Shown here one piece after another: positions 18,775 through 27,446 of a stretch of DNA of 35,915 nt. A program made the position numbers and the translations under genes. Positions within the stretch are counted from its first letter, which is position 1. The number at the start of each line of letters is the position of its first letter. The notes under the pieces are model-generated. The model had not been told where the DNA came from. It made no database searches and worked only from the letters and a program-made list of their open reading frames with translations. The DNA comes from Candidatus Eiseniibacteriota bacterium (GTDB lineage: Bacteria > Eisenbacteria > RBG-16-71-46 > DASYSL01): assembly GCA_031431875.1 (NCBI GenBank), contig JANPEF010000111.1, positions 1 to 35,915 on the forward strand, written 5' to 3'.

Positions 18775-19854
18775 ATGGCCCTCTCCGGAAGTCTTCGCGA
18801 GTTCTCGCTCAGCGAAATCCTGCAGCTCCTCTCGAGCCAGCGGAAGACCGGATGCCTGCGCGTGACGCGGGATTCGGAAGCACGCGTCGTCTACCTGCTG
18901 GAGGGTCGCATCGCCGCCGTGCGCGATCGCGGGATGGGCAGCGACGATCCGCTCGCCGGGTTCCTGCGCCGGATCCACCGGCTCTCCGAGGAGCAGATGC
19001 GCGGCATCAGCTCGATCCATGCCGAGAGCGGGCGCGACCTCGTCGACCTGCTGCTCAACGGCCGCTACCTCGAGCGCGAGGAGCTCACCGTGCTCTACGA
19101 GCGTCTCGTCCTCGACGTGCTGCACGAGGTCATCTCGTGGGACGACGGCGTCTACTCATTCGCCAACGGCAACCCGCCCGAGAGCGTCCTCCCCATGTCG
19201 CTCTCGACCGAGTCCATGCTCATGGAAGCCGTGCGGCGGACCGACGAGATGCGGCGCTACCAGGGGACGCTCGGCGATCCGGGACTGGTGCTCGGCCTGA
19301 AGGAATTGCCCGACCCGGATGCCTCGTTGAGCGAGGAGGAGAAGGAGCTGTTCGGGCTGGTCGACGGCCGGCGCACGCTGGGCGAACTGGTTGCCGAGGC
19401 GCCGCTCAACGAGTACGAGGCCTTCGAGGCGTTGTATCGCCTCGTGGAAGCCGGATGGATCGAGATCCAGGGCCGTCGGGCGCGCGAAGAGGCCCCCGCA
19501 CCCGACCCGTCCGCGAATCGTCGCGGGCTCGCCCCGGCGTGGCGCACCGATGCGATGCTTGCTGCGGCCGCCGTGGCGCTGGTGGTGGTCATGCAGCTTG
19601 CGGGGTGGAGGACTGCACCCGCCGCCGTGCCGGCCGCGCGGGATGCCTATGGCGCCCTCGCGCTCGCCGACGTTCGCTTCGCGCTCGATGTCTACCGGGT
19701 CGAGCGCGGGCAGTACCCGACGCGCCGCGACGAGCTCGTCGAGGCGGGCGGGTTCACGACCCAGCAGACGCGCGGGGCGGGTCACGCGATGACCTACGCC
19801 CCCGCCGACGGCGGGACGCGCTACGCGCTCGAGCTCAGCGCCCCGAAGCGCTGA
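18775..19854 (+). CDS. DUF4388 (PatA-N-like) domain protein with a C-terminal TM and GspG-pseudopilin-like tail
   Basis: MALSGSLREFSLSEILQLL..RKTGCL and W.DG.Y.F..LMEAVRRTDE (DUF4388); wHTH-like LVDGRRTLGEL..LYRLVEAGWI; TM; ALDVYRVERGQYP. AGGAG RBS. Confidence 0.82.
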   Translation: MALSGSLREFSLSEILQLLSSQRKTGCLRVTRDSEARVVYLLEGRIAAVRDRGMGSDDPLAGFLRRIHRLSEEQMRGISSIHAESGRDLVDLLLNGRYLEREELTVLYERLVLDVLHEVISWDDGVYSFANGNPPESVLPMSLSTESMLMEAVRRTDEMRRYQGTLGDPGLVLGLKELPDPDASLSEEEKELFGLVDGRRTLGELVAEAPLNEYEAFEALYRLVEAGWIEIQGRRAREEAPAPDPSANRRGLAPAWRTDAMLAAAAVALVVVMQLAGWRTAPAAVPAARDAYGALALADVRFALDVYRVERGQYPTRRDELVEAGGFTTQQTRGAGHAMTYAPADGGTRYALELSAPKR

Positions 19855-19861
19855 GCTCGAG
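19828..19861. repeat. Perfect 14-bp inverted repeat containing both convergent stop codons (possible bidirectional terminator)
   Basis: CTCGAGCTCAGCGC (19828-19841), loop CCCGAA, GCGCTGAGCTCGAG (19848-19861). Confidence 0.85.
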
Positions 19862-20392
19862 GATCCGCCCGGCGGCGGCGGCGAGGTGCGGCACGATGTC
19901 GATCGCCGCGAGTCCATCCGCCAGGGCCGCCGCACGATCCCGCTCACCCCAACCGGTCGTCACGTAGAGCGGGCGCACCCCGGCCGCCCGCGCCGCGGCC
20001 ATGTCCTTCACCGTATCCCCCACCATCCACGACTTTGCCAGGTCCAGCCTGAGGGCGTCGCGCGCCTGCAGGAACAGGCCGGGGCGCGGCTTGCGACATG
20101 CACACGCGTCCTCCGGCGCATGCGGACAGACGAAGATGGCATCGAGCTGGACGCCGGAGGCGCCTAGCTTCGCCTTCAGCCGCTCGTGCACGGCGTCGAT
20201 CTGCCCCCGGGAATACACCCCTCGGCCGATCGCCGACTGGTTCGTCACGACGACCAGGGCAAATCCCGCCGCTGCGAGTCGCGCGAGCGCCGTGGAGACT
20301 CCCGGCAGCATCTCGAGCGCATCTGGATCGCCGATGTAGCCCACCTCGCGGTTGAGCGTACCGTCGCGATCGAGGAAGACCGCGGGCTTCAC
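19835..20392 (-). CDS. gmhB: D-glycero-D-manno-heptose 1,7-bisphosphate phosphatase (HAD)
   Basis: AVFLDRDGTLN, VVTNQS, CPH..C.CRKP.PG, SWMVGD..KD; GTG overlaps the waaF stop (GTGA). Confidence 0.92.
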   Translation of the reverse strand: MKPAVFLDRDGTLNREVGYIGDPDALEMLPGVSTALARLAAAGFALVVVTNQSAIGRGVYSRGQIDAVHERLKAKLGASGVQLDAIFVCPHAPEDACACRKPRPGLFLQARDALRLDLAKSWMVGDTVKDMAAARAAGVRPLYVTTGWGERDRAAALADGLAAIDIVPHLAAAAGRILELSASGR

Positions 20393-21483
20393 GGGCGACT
20401 CCCGGGATTGCGTGCGGCGCCCGCGGCACCGGGCGCGAGCGCAAGCAGCGCCGCGGTGGCATCCTCGACGCGCACTGCGCGCAGGCATCGGTAGCGCTCG
20501 GCCACCGCGCAGTCCGGGCGAAAGCACGGCGCGCAGCGGGGCGGCTCGGCGAGCACGCGGACCGCCGCGCCACGCGGCGCGGTCCAGCGCGGATCGGTGG
20601 AGCCGAAGATCACCACGGTGGGCCGGCCGAGTGCGGCGGCCAGATGCGCCACGCCTGAGTCGTTGGCAAGCACCGCATCGGCGCCCGCGAGCAGTCCGGC
20701 CAGCGCCGGCAGGTCCGTGCCGCCGGCGAGTGCGACGACGTGCGCGGGACCCGTGGCCGCTGCGGCACGCACTGCGGCGACCTCCTCGCGATCCTCGCCT
20801 CCCCCGACCAGCAACACGTGCGCGCGCGACGGAGCGGGTTGTGCCTCGGCCCAGGCCGCAGCCGTGGCCGCGAAGCGCTCGGGTGCCCAGCGCTTGGCGG
20901 GGCCATAGCGGGCGCCGGGCGCGACGACGAGGCACGGCCCGGTACCGACGGCACCCGGGTCGAGCCCCGCCGCAGCGAGCGCCGTGGTGGCCGACCCGGA
21001 CGCATTCGGCGCCAGCGTCCACGGCCGCCGCGGGAGCGGGTCGGCCCCGAGCGTGCGGACGACGTCGAGGTATTCGTCCTCGAGATGGCGCGTGCCACGG
21101 GCACCGCGCGGGGCGGTGCGGGTCAGGAGAAACCCGCCCTCCTCGTGCGCCAGGCCCGCGCGCTCGGGGATGCCGGCGCACGCCGCGTGCAGGCGGGCCG
21201 ACAGCGAAGGCGGAAAGGTGAGGATGGTGCGCGCGCCGAGCGCGGCGAGCGCGGGGACCGCGGTCAGCCAGGCGAGACCGGACGCCGGTGCGGCGAGCCA
21301 GCGGGCCTGCGGCCAGTGCGCCGCGGCCAGCGCCGGTGCGAAGGGGCGACCGAGTAGCACGAGGTCATGATCGGCGAAACGCGCGGCCAGCGCATCGACG
21401 GCGCGTCCGGCGAGCACGAGGTCGCCGAGCCAGTTCGGCAGGCGGACGGCGAGTCCGGGGCGCCTGCCGCGCGAGCCGGTCAC
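20389..21483 (-). CDS. waaF: GT9 LPS heptosyltransferase II-like
   Basis: VRLPNWLGD, APGARYGPAKRW, NDSGVAHLAAALGRPTVVIFGST, C.PC..C..C tail; GTG at 21483. Confidence 0.82.
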   Translation of the reverse strand: MTGSRGRRPGLAVRLPNWLGDLVLAGRAVDALAARFADHDLVLLGRPFAPALAAAHWPQARWLAAPASGLAWLTAVPALAALGARTILTFPPSLSARLHAACAGIPERAGLAHEEGGFLLTRTAPRGARGTRHLEDEYLDVVRTLGADPLPRRPWTLAPNASGSATTALAAAGLDPGAVGTGPCLVVAPGARYGPAKRWAPERFAATAAAWAEAQPAPSRAHVLLVGGGEDREEVAAVRAAAATGPAHVVALAGGTDLPALAGLLAGADAVLANDSGVAHLAAALGRPTVVIFGSTDPRWTAPRGAAVRVLAEPPRCAPCFRPDCAVAERYRCLRAVRVEDATAALLALAPGAAGAARNPGSRP

Positions 21484-21490
21484 GCCGGCC

Positions 21491-22945
21491 CTAGTACGAC
21501 TTCGCGAACAGGACGCGGTGGCGGCTGGGCTTGCCGCAGCGCACGCAGGTTCCCTGCTCTTCGGGCGTGTCGTGCGGCAGGTTGCGGATCGTGGCCGAGG
21601 TCTCGGTCTTGATCGCCGCCTCGCACTCTGCGTCCCCGCACCAGTGGGCGGCAACGAAGCCGCGCTGGTCACGGATGATGGTGTTCAGCGTGGCCAGGTC
21701 ATCGGCCCGGCGGGTGCTGTCGGCCCGGAATTGGTGCGCGCGGTCGAACATCGCCAGCTGCAGCACGTCGAGCAGCGCGACCATCGTAGCTCCCACCTCG
21801 GCGAACGGCACGAACGACTTGGCGCGGTCATCGCGGCGCACGAACACGACCGACTCCTTGGCCACGTCGCGCGGCCCCACCTCGACGCGGACGGGCACGC
21901 CGCGCAGCTCCCACTCGTTGTACTTCCAGCCCGGCGTGTACTGGTCGCGGTCGTCGAGCTTGACGCGGACGCCCGCGGCGAGCAGCGCGCCGCGCACCCG
22001 CTCGGCGAAGGCGAGGACGGCGGCCTTTTCCTCCTCCTTCTTGTAGATGGGCACGATCACCGCCTGCACCGGAGCGACCCGCGGCGGCAGGCGCAGGCCC
22101 TGATCGTCGCCGTGGCTCATGATGATGGCGCCGATCAGCCGCGTGCTCACCCCCCACGACGTCTGGTGGACGTGACGGCGCTCGCCGTCCTGGTCCTGGA
22201 ACGTGATGTCGTAGACCTTCGCGAAGTGCTGCCCGAGGTTGTGCGACGTGCCGGCCTGCAACGCCTTGCCGTCACGCATGAGCGCCTCGATCGAGTAGGT
22301 CATGTCGGCGCCGGGAAACTTCTCGCTCGCGGTCTTCGCACCCTTGTGCACCGGCATCGCGAGGTCCTCCTCGGCGAACGCGCGGTAGACCTCGAGCATC
22401 TTGAGCGTCTCTTCCTGCGCCTCGTCGGCCGTGCGGTGGGCGGTGTGCCCCTCCTGCCAGAGGAACTCGGCGGTGCGCAGGAACGGGCGCGTCACCTTCT
22501 CCCAGCGCATGACGTTGGCCCACTGGTTGATGAGCACGGGCAGGTCGCGCCAGCTGTCGATCCACTTCGCGTACATCTTGCCGATGATCGCCTCGGATGT
22601 CGGGCGGATGGCGAGGCGCTCCTCGAGCACGTCGTCGCCGCCCTGCGTCACCCACGCCACCTGGGGTGCGAAGCCCTCGATGTGGTCGGCCTCCATGCGC
22701 AGGAAACTCTCGGGGATGAGCAGCGGGAAGTAGGCGTTCTCGTGGCCGGTTGCCTTGATGCGGGCGTCGAGCAGGCGCTGCATGTGCTCCCAGATCGCGT
22801 AACCGTACGGACGGAACACGATGCAGCCGCGCACCGGGGCATAGTCGGCCAGCTGTGCCTTCTGGATGACGTCCAGGTACCAGCGGGAGAAATCGTCGGT
22901 GACGTCGCCCAGCTCTTCAACGGTCTTCTGCGTCTCTTCGGCCAT
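21491..22945 (-). CDS. proS: Proline--tRNA ligase, archaeal/eukaryote-like type
   Basis: IRPTSE, NQWANVMRWE..PFLRTAEFLWQEGHT, ALQAGTSHNLGQ, SWGVSTR; no INS editing domain; C-terminal Cys cluster and AKSY end. Confidence 0.97.
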   Translation of the reverse strand: MAEETQKTVEELGDVTDDFSRWYLDVIQKAQLADYAPVRGCIVFRPYGYAIWEHMQRLLDARIKATGHENAYFPLLIPESFLRMEADHIEGFAPQVAWVTQGGDDVLEERLAIRPTSEAIIGKMYAKWIDSWRDLPVLINQWANVMRWEKVTRPFLRTAEFLWQEGHTAHRTADEAQEETLKMLEVYRAFAEEDLAMPVHKGAKTASEKFPGADMTYSIEALMRDGKALQAGTSHNLGQHFAKVYDITFQDQDGERRHVHQTSWGVSTRLIGAIIMSHGDDQGLRLPPRVAPVQAVIVPIYKKEEEKAAVLAFAERVRGALLAAGVRVKLDDRDQYTPGWKYNEWELRGVPVRVEVGPRDVAKESVVFVRRDDRAKSFVPFAEVGATMVALLDVLQLAMFDRAHQFRADSTRRADDLATLNTIIRDQRGFVAAHWCGDAECEAAIKTETSATIRNLPHDTPEEQGTCVRCGKPSRHRVLFAKSY

Positions 22946-22987
22946 GGGGACTCCGGTTGGGGCGCGGCGTGGACTGCCTCGCGCGGC

Positions 22988-22996
22988 ATCGTAGCA
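22988..22996 (-). promoter_or_regulatory. Extended -10 (TGCTACGAT) for proS-waaF-gmhB
   Basis: TGn-TACGAT 42 nt upstream of the proS ATG; weak TTGGGC at 17-nt spacing. Confidence 0.5.
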
Positions 22997-23021
22997 GGTC
23001 CGCGCGGGCAGCCCAAGCGAA

Positions 23022-23054
23022 CGGGGCGACGGGCCGCCATGGCCCCCCGCCCCG
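23022..23054 (-). terminator. GC-rich hairpin after the subtilase gene
   Basis: CGGGGCG-AC-GGGCC / GGCCC-CC-CGCCCCG stem, followed by TTCGCTT on the - strand. Confidence 0.5.
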
Positions 23055-23076
23055 CTGTTGCCTCATCCGTGCGTCG

Positions 23077-26000
23077 TCAGCGCACGACGGTCACCTTCGT
23101 CACGGCGCGTTCGCCGGCGCGCTCCGCGATCGCGAAGTAGGTGCCGGGCTCGAGCGTCGCCGGCATTGCGACCGCGTGCCACCCCGCGCTGCGCACGCCG
23201 TCGTCGAGGACCGCCACGCGCCGTCCGTTCGCCGCCACCAGGCGCACGCGCACGCGGCTTTCGACCGGCACGCTGAAGCGCAGGATGCCGCCGCGCGGCA
23301 GCGGATTGGGTGCGGCGAGCAGAAGTCTCGCCGGAGTCGCGATGCCGACCTCAAGCCTGTCCGTGGCACTCGCCGATGCGGAGGAAATCTCCGGGGCGCG
23401 CAATCCCTCGGCGCCGGGGGCGGGCGTGCCACCCGCCGCGGAGACCGCGGCGAACACGTCCGGTGCGATCGGCAGGGTCGCGGTGGCGAGCAGGCTCACG
23501 CCGTCGCGCTCGAAGCGGGCATACAGCACGGGCGACTCGGCACCGGCCAGGATCCGGCGGACCATGGCCCCGGGAATGAACCAGCGGACCGTCGCACCGT
23601 CGACCTGGACGCCGCCGAGTTCGTTCGCCTGCCGCTTCGCCGCCTCGTCGTCGGTCGACGCGGCGGGATCCGCCTCGATGCGGGCGAAGGCGTCGCCGCC
23701 GAGGTCGGGCACGTCGCCGGTGACCAGTCCGAGCATCGCGTCGCCGTCCTGCGTCACCTCGAACCAGCCGCCGTCGACCGTGACATCGGCCTCGGCCGCG
23801 GCCGGGGCGAAGGCCGCGAGCGCCGGCCGGTCGTGGGTGACGATCCCGGTCGCGCAGCCGGTACCGACGTTGCCCGAGGCGTCCTCGACTGCGTAGCACA
23901 CGGTGTAGACGCGGCCGTTCTCCGCGCCCTGCCGCTCCGAGCGCAGCAGGAAGTCGAAGTCAGCGGCGCCGTACGACGCCTCCTGGATGTCGAGCGGCCG
24001 GTCGCCGTCGCCCAGGCCGTTGTCGGGCTCGTCGCTCACAATGGACAGCAGCCGCACCGCCGGCGCCGCGTCGCAGGCGTCCGCCACCAGCACCGTGGCG
24101 TGGATCGGCGCGAGCTTGTGGTTGGGCGGCCACAGGGCGTCGGGATCGAGCGTCACCGTGACGGTCGGCGGGGTGGTGTCCTCGACGGAGACGATCACCT
24201 CGTCGCTGTCGTCCGCGATCCCGTCCGAGACGACCAGCGTCACCGTCGTCGCGCCGAGCGGGAACGAGCCGGTGGGCGTGGCGCTCGTGGGATCCACGAA
24301 CGTGATCCCCGCGGCCGACCACGCGAAGGTGAGTGGATCGCCGTCGGGATCGCTGGAGCGCACACCGTTGAGTGTGACGGGCGTGCCCCCGCTCCCGCTG
24401 CACTCGACAGTCGTGTCGGGCCCGGCGTCGGCGACCGGCGGCTCGTTGAGTTGCGAGGCCAGGGCGGCGAACGCATCGAGGCGGCCCGCGCCGCTCGCCG
24501 CATCGAAGCCGGCCGCACCGATGTCGACTGCGGTTGTCGAGAGCACGTTGCGCACGTCGGCCGAGGTCAGCGCCGGCAGCACGCCGCGCAGCAGTGCGGC
24601 GATGCCGGCGCCGTGCGGCGATGCGGTCGAGGTGCCGAAGAACGGCGAGGCGAATCCGCCCGCGCCGGTGACCGTCACGCCGTCGACCGCGGAGGCGTCG
24701 GGCTTGTTGCGCGCCACGCGCAGCGGGAAGAACGACTCGGCCGGTCCGCGCGAGGAGAAACCCTCGACGGCGTCGTTGCCCGGCTCGGCCTGGTCGATCG
24801 CGCCGAGCGCGTAGACCAGCGGATGCGTGGCGTGCGGATTGATGCTGCCCGCGGAGTTGACGTACTCGAGGAACGTCGGACCGTTGGCCGCGACCTTGAG
24901 CGTGATGCCCACCGGCGCGGGCAGTGCGCCGGCGTAGTCAACGACGAGGCGCGCCGGCACGTTGTCCGGGCCGTTGTACGTGAAGTCGATCAGTTCGAGC
25001 GGGGCGCCGGCGCCAGCCTGCGCGTTCATGCTGAGGGCGAGGATGTTCGAGAACGTGGGATCGACCAGGTACAGGTCGAAGTCGCGGGCGGCGGTGCCGA
25101 ACGCCTCGCTCCATTGCAGCACGATGGTATGGCGCACTCCAGTGCCGTTGGGATTGCGCAGGCGGACGTCGGCCGTCACGTCGCCGTTGCCGAAGTCGTG
25201 CGGCCGCGATGCGCCGAGAATGCCGAGGTTGCGGGCGCCGCCGTCGCGGAAGACCTGCGGAATGTGGCGCTGGGCGCGGTTGCCCGCCGAGGTGAAGTAG
25301 ACGACGTCACTACCGGTGACGAGCGCCGCCGCGTTGAGGGCGACCGGTCCGTCTTCGAAGTACGGCTCGCGGGTGAGCCAGATGTCGTCGGAGAGGATGC
25401 GGGCGCCGGCAGTTCCGGCGAGCCAGTTCTGCGCGGTGATCATGCCGGCCGAGCCCGCTCCGACGCCGTGGAAAGCGAGCCCGGCACCCGGCGCCAGATC
25501 GTGCACGATCTCGAGCATCGCCGTGCCTTCGTCACCGCTGCCGACGACGCCCACGTTGACCGCGGCGGGCAAGTCGGCCGAGGCCTGCGCGGCGGCGAGG
25601 TTCGACACGCCGTCGCTGATCACGCCGACGATCGCACCGGCTCCGTTGACGGCGAAGGCGGTACGCGCGAGATCGGCGCGGTGGATGGCGTCGCCCTCGC
25701 TCAGGCGCAGGCCGATCTCCGCCACCGGCAGGCCGGGTGTCGCGACCAGGCGAACCCATGGCAGCGCGGCGACGTCGTCGACCTTGTCTGCGGCGATCCA
25801 TGCCTCGAGGAATCCGTACCCGATGGCGACCGCCACGGGTTCCACACCGAGAGGCGTGAGTTCGCCGACGCGCGAGTCGGCGTTCGTTCCGTCGATGCGC
25901 AGCAGGAGCCGCCCGCGATCGTCGACCGGGATGAGCGGCGTGTCGAAGCTGGTGACGAAGTCGGAGACGAGCGAGCCGCGGCGCGGATCGGTGGCGGCGA

Positions 26001-26262
26001 GCAGCAGCGCGACCCGGTCCTGGACGGCGGACTCGACCTTGGCCAGCGGCGAGCCCGGCGGCAGCGCGCGCTTGGCCATCCGCATCGCGTCGACTTCGCC
26101 GGCGTTGCGCGGCAGCAGGTCGTCGGCGGCGAGCAGCCGCGAGCGCGGGACGGGAGTCCATGCAGCCCGCGCCGGAGCGGCGGCGAGCAGGGCAATGGCG
26201 AGCATCGCCAACGGGGTGATGGCTGCCACGTGGACGGAACCCGGGCGGCGGGCGGAAACCAT
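23077..26262 (-). CDS. Secreted S8/S53-like subtilase with PKD/HYR-like modules and a T9SS-tail/FlgD-like C-terminal domain
   Basis: Signal peptide (APARA), propeptide, VGVISDG, DEGTAMLEIVHDLAPGA, SAGN, FFGTSTASPHGAG; NEPPVADAGPD, DTTPP..LWPPNHKL; C-terminal APNP..RLVAANGRRVAVL..PGTYF..KVTVVR. ATG 26262 with GGAGG RBS. Confidence 0.85.
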   Translation of the reverse strand: MVSARRPGSVHVAAITPLAMLAIALLAAAPARAAWTPVPRSRLLAADDLLPRNAGEVDAMRMAKRALPPGSPLAKVESAVQDRVALLLAATDPRRGSLVSDFVTSFDTPLIPVDDRGRLLLRIDGTNADSRVGELTPLGVEPVAVAIGYGFLEAWIAADKVDDVAALPWVRLVATPGLPVAEIGLRLSEGDAIHRADLARTAFAVNGAGAIVGVISDGVSNLAAAQASADLPAAVNVGVVGSGDEGTAMLEIVHDLAPGAGLAFHGVGAGSAGMITAQNWLAGTAGARILSDDIWLTREPYFEDGPVALNAAALVTGSDVVYFTSAGNRAQRHIPQVFRDGGARNLGILGASRPHDFGNGDVTADVRLRNPNGTGVRHTIVLQWSEAFGTAARDFDLYLVDPTFSNILALSMNAQAGAGAPLELIDFTYNGPDNVPARLVVDYAGALPAPVGITLKVAANGPTFLEYVNSAGSINPHATHPLVYALGAIDQAEPGNDAVEGFSSRGPAESFFPLRVARNKPDASAVDGVTVTGAGGFASPFFGTSTASPHGAGIAALLRGVLPALTSADVRNVLSTTAVDIGAAGFDAASGAGRLDAFAALASQLNEPPVADAGPDTTVECSGSGGTPVTLNGVRSSDPDGDPLTFAWSAAGITFVDPTSATPTGSFPLGATTVTLVVSDGIADDSDEVIVSVEDTTPPTVTVTLDPDALWPPNHKLAPIHATVLVADACDAAPAVRLLSIVSDEPDNGLGDGDRPLDIQEASYGAADFDFLLRSERQGAENGRVYTVCYAVEDASGNVGTGCATGIVTHDRPALAAFAPAAAEADVTVDGGWFEVTQDGDAMLGLVTGDVPDLGGDAFARIEADPAASTDDEAAKRQANELGGVQVDGATVRWFIPGAMVRRILAGAESPVLYARFERDGVSLLATATLPIAPDVFAAVSAAGGTPAPGAEGLRAPEISSASASATDRLEVGIATPARLLLAAPNPLPRGGILRFSVPVESRVRVRLVAANGRRVAVLDDGVRSAGWHAVAMPATLEPGTYFAIAERAGERAVTKVTVVR

Positions 26263-26387
26263 AGGCCACCTCCGAAAGACGGAACGAGGGGGGAAACTCG
26301 GGGCGATGAGGATGCCTGGACGATTTCGAATCCCGCGAACCCGATGGCCGCGGGGCGCACGAATCTTGCCGATTACGGTCGCCCGCG

Positions 26388-27443
26388 TCAATGCCCGTCG
26401 CAGGCCGCCTCTCGGCGCGACAGGTACGGGGCGACCGCAGGGAGGCTCGCCAGCGCGGCCTCGACCTGGGCGACGGCGATCCCCTGGGCGCAGGCGTGGT
26501 GTCCCAGGGGGCACGAGTCGCGGCCGTGAAGCGTGCAGGGCTGGCAGGCGAGCTCCTGGCAGAGCACGACACCCGCTCCCGCCGGGGCAAACCCAAGGGC
26601 CGGATGGGTCGAGGCGAAGAGCGCGACGGCCGGCCGGCCCATGGCCGCAGCGAGGTGGAGCAGGCCCGAGTCGTTGGCGAGGATCCCGCGCGTCAGGCCC
26701 AGGGCGGCGGCGACCGCCGGCAGCCCGCCGGAGAACCAGCGGACTCCGGGGTCGGACGGCTCGGCCAGCGCTCCGGCGGCGGCGCGATCAGGCGGGTCGC
26801 CGACCAGCAGGACGCGTTCCCCGCCCGCCCGCCGGGCGGCGACGACGGCGGCGAAGCGCTCGAGCGGCCAGCGCTTCGTCGCCCAGCGCGCCCCCGGGGC
26901 GATCGCCACCGTCGATTCCGCCGGGGCGATCGCGTCCCACGCGGCGAAAAAGATCGCGGCTTCGTCCAGCGCAGCCGGGGGGGGGCGGAACGCGGGCGGG
27001 CGGGCGCTGGCAGGATCGACGCCCAGCGGCGCCAGCGCATCGACGTAGCGCTGCCAGGCCGGGCGGAGCGGCGGCGGGTTCGTCCAGCGCAGGGACACCC
27101 AGCGCCGCCGGGCAAGGCGCTCGGCGCGCCACGCGAGGCGCTGGGGCACGCCGAACGTGGCGATCCGACTGCGCAGACTCGACTGCCAGTCGACTGCGGC
27201 GGCAAAGCGGGCGGCGGCCACCTGCCGCCCGAGCGCGAACCCCCCGCCGATCCCGCGCTGCGTCCCGGGCTCGAGCGCCCACACGCGATCGACCCCCTCC
27301 TGCCCCTCGACCAGCGGGGCATATTCGCGCTTCACCAGGAACGTGGTTCGTACGTCGGGTCGCGCCTGCTTGAGCGCGGCGGTGGCGGCCAGTGTCAGCA
27401 CCACGTCGCCCAGCGCGCCAAAGCGGACGAGCAGGACCTCCAC
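26388..27443 (-). CDS. GT9 LPS heptosyltransferase (WaaC/WaaF family)
   Basis: LLVRFGALGDVVL, APGARWATKRWP, NDSGLLHLAAAMG, CQPCTLHG..CP.GH..C. Confidence 0.88.
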   Translation of the reverse strand: MEVLLVRFGALGDVVLTLAATAALKQARPDVRTTFLVKREYAPLVEGQEGVDRVWALEPGTQRGIGGGFALGRQVAAARFAAAVDWQSSLRSRIATFGVPQRLAWRAERLARRRWVSLRWTNPPPLRPAWQRYVDALAPLGVDPASARPPAFRPPPAALDEAAIFFAAWDAIAPAESTVAIAPGARWATKRWPLERFAAVVAARRAGGERVLLVGDPPDRAAAGALAEPSDPGVRWFSGGLPAVAAALGLTRGILANDSGLLHLAAAMGRPAVALFASTHPALGFAPAGAGVVLCQELACQPCTLHGRDSCPLGHHACAQGIAVAQVEAALASLPAVAPYLSRREAACDGH

Positions 27444-27446
27444 CGC

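Noticed and set aside
23077..26262. Subtilase as a mobile element or as part of an AAA-ATPase/S8 defence system
   Set aside because: No transposase, integrase, flanking repeats or ATPase partner; it has a signal peptide and host-like codon usage.
26373..26390. GGGCGACCG / CGACCGTAA shared between the subtilase, Yip1 and TPR upstream regions as a regulon motif
   Set aside because: GGGCGACCG also occurs inside coding sequence here, and its position relative to promoter elements is inconsistent.
22957..26529. 1190-aa + strand ORF and other long antisense or alternate-frame ORFs (e.g. 29945-32077, 27588-29504, 13150-14703, 26788-29367)
   Set aside because: Shadow ORFs of GC3-biased genes: they overlap motif-bearing CDSs, are Arg/Ala/Gly-rich and show no recognisable domains.
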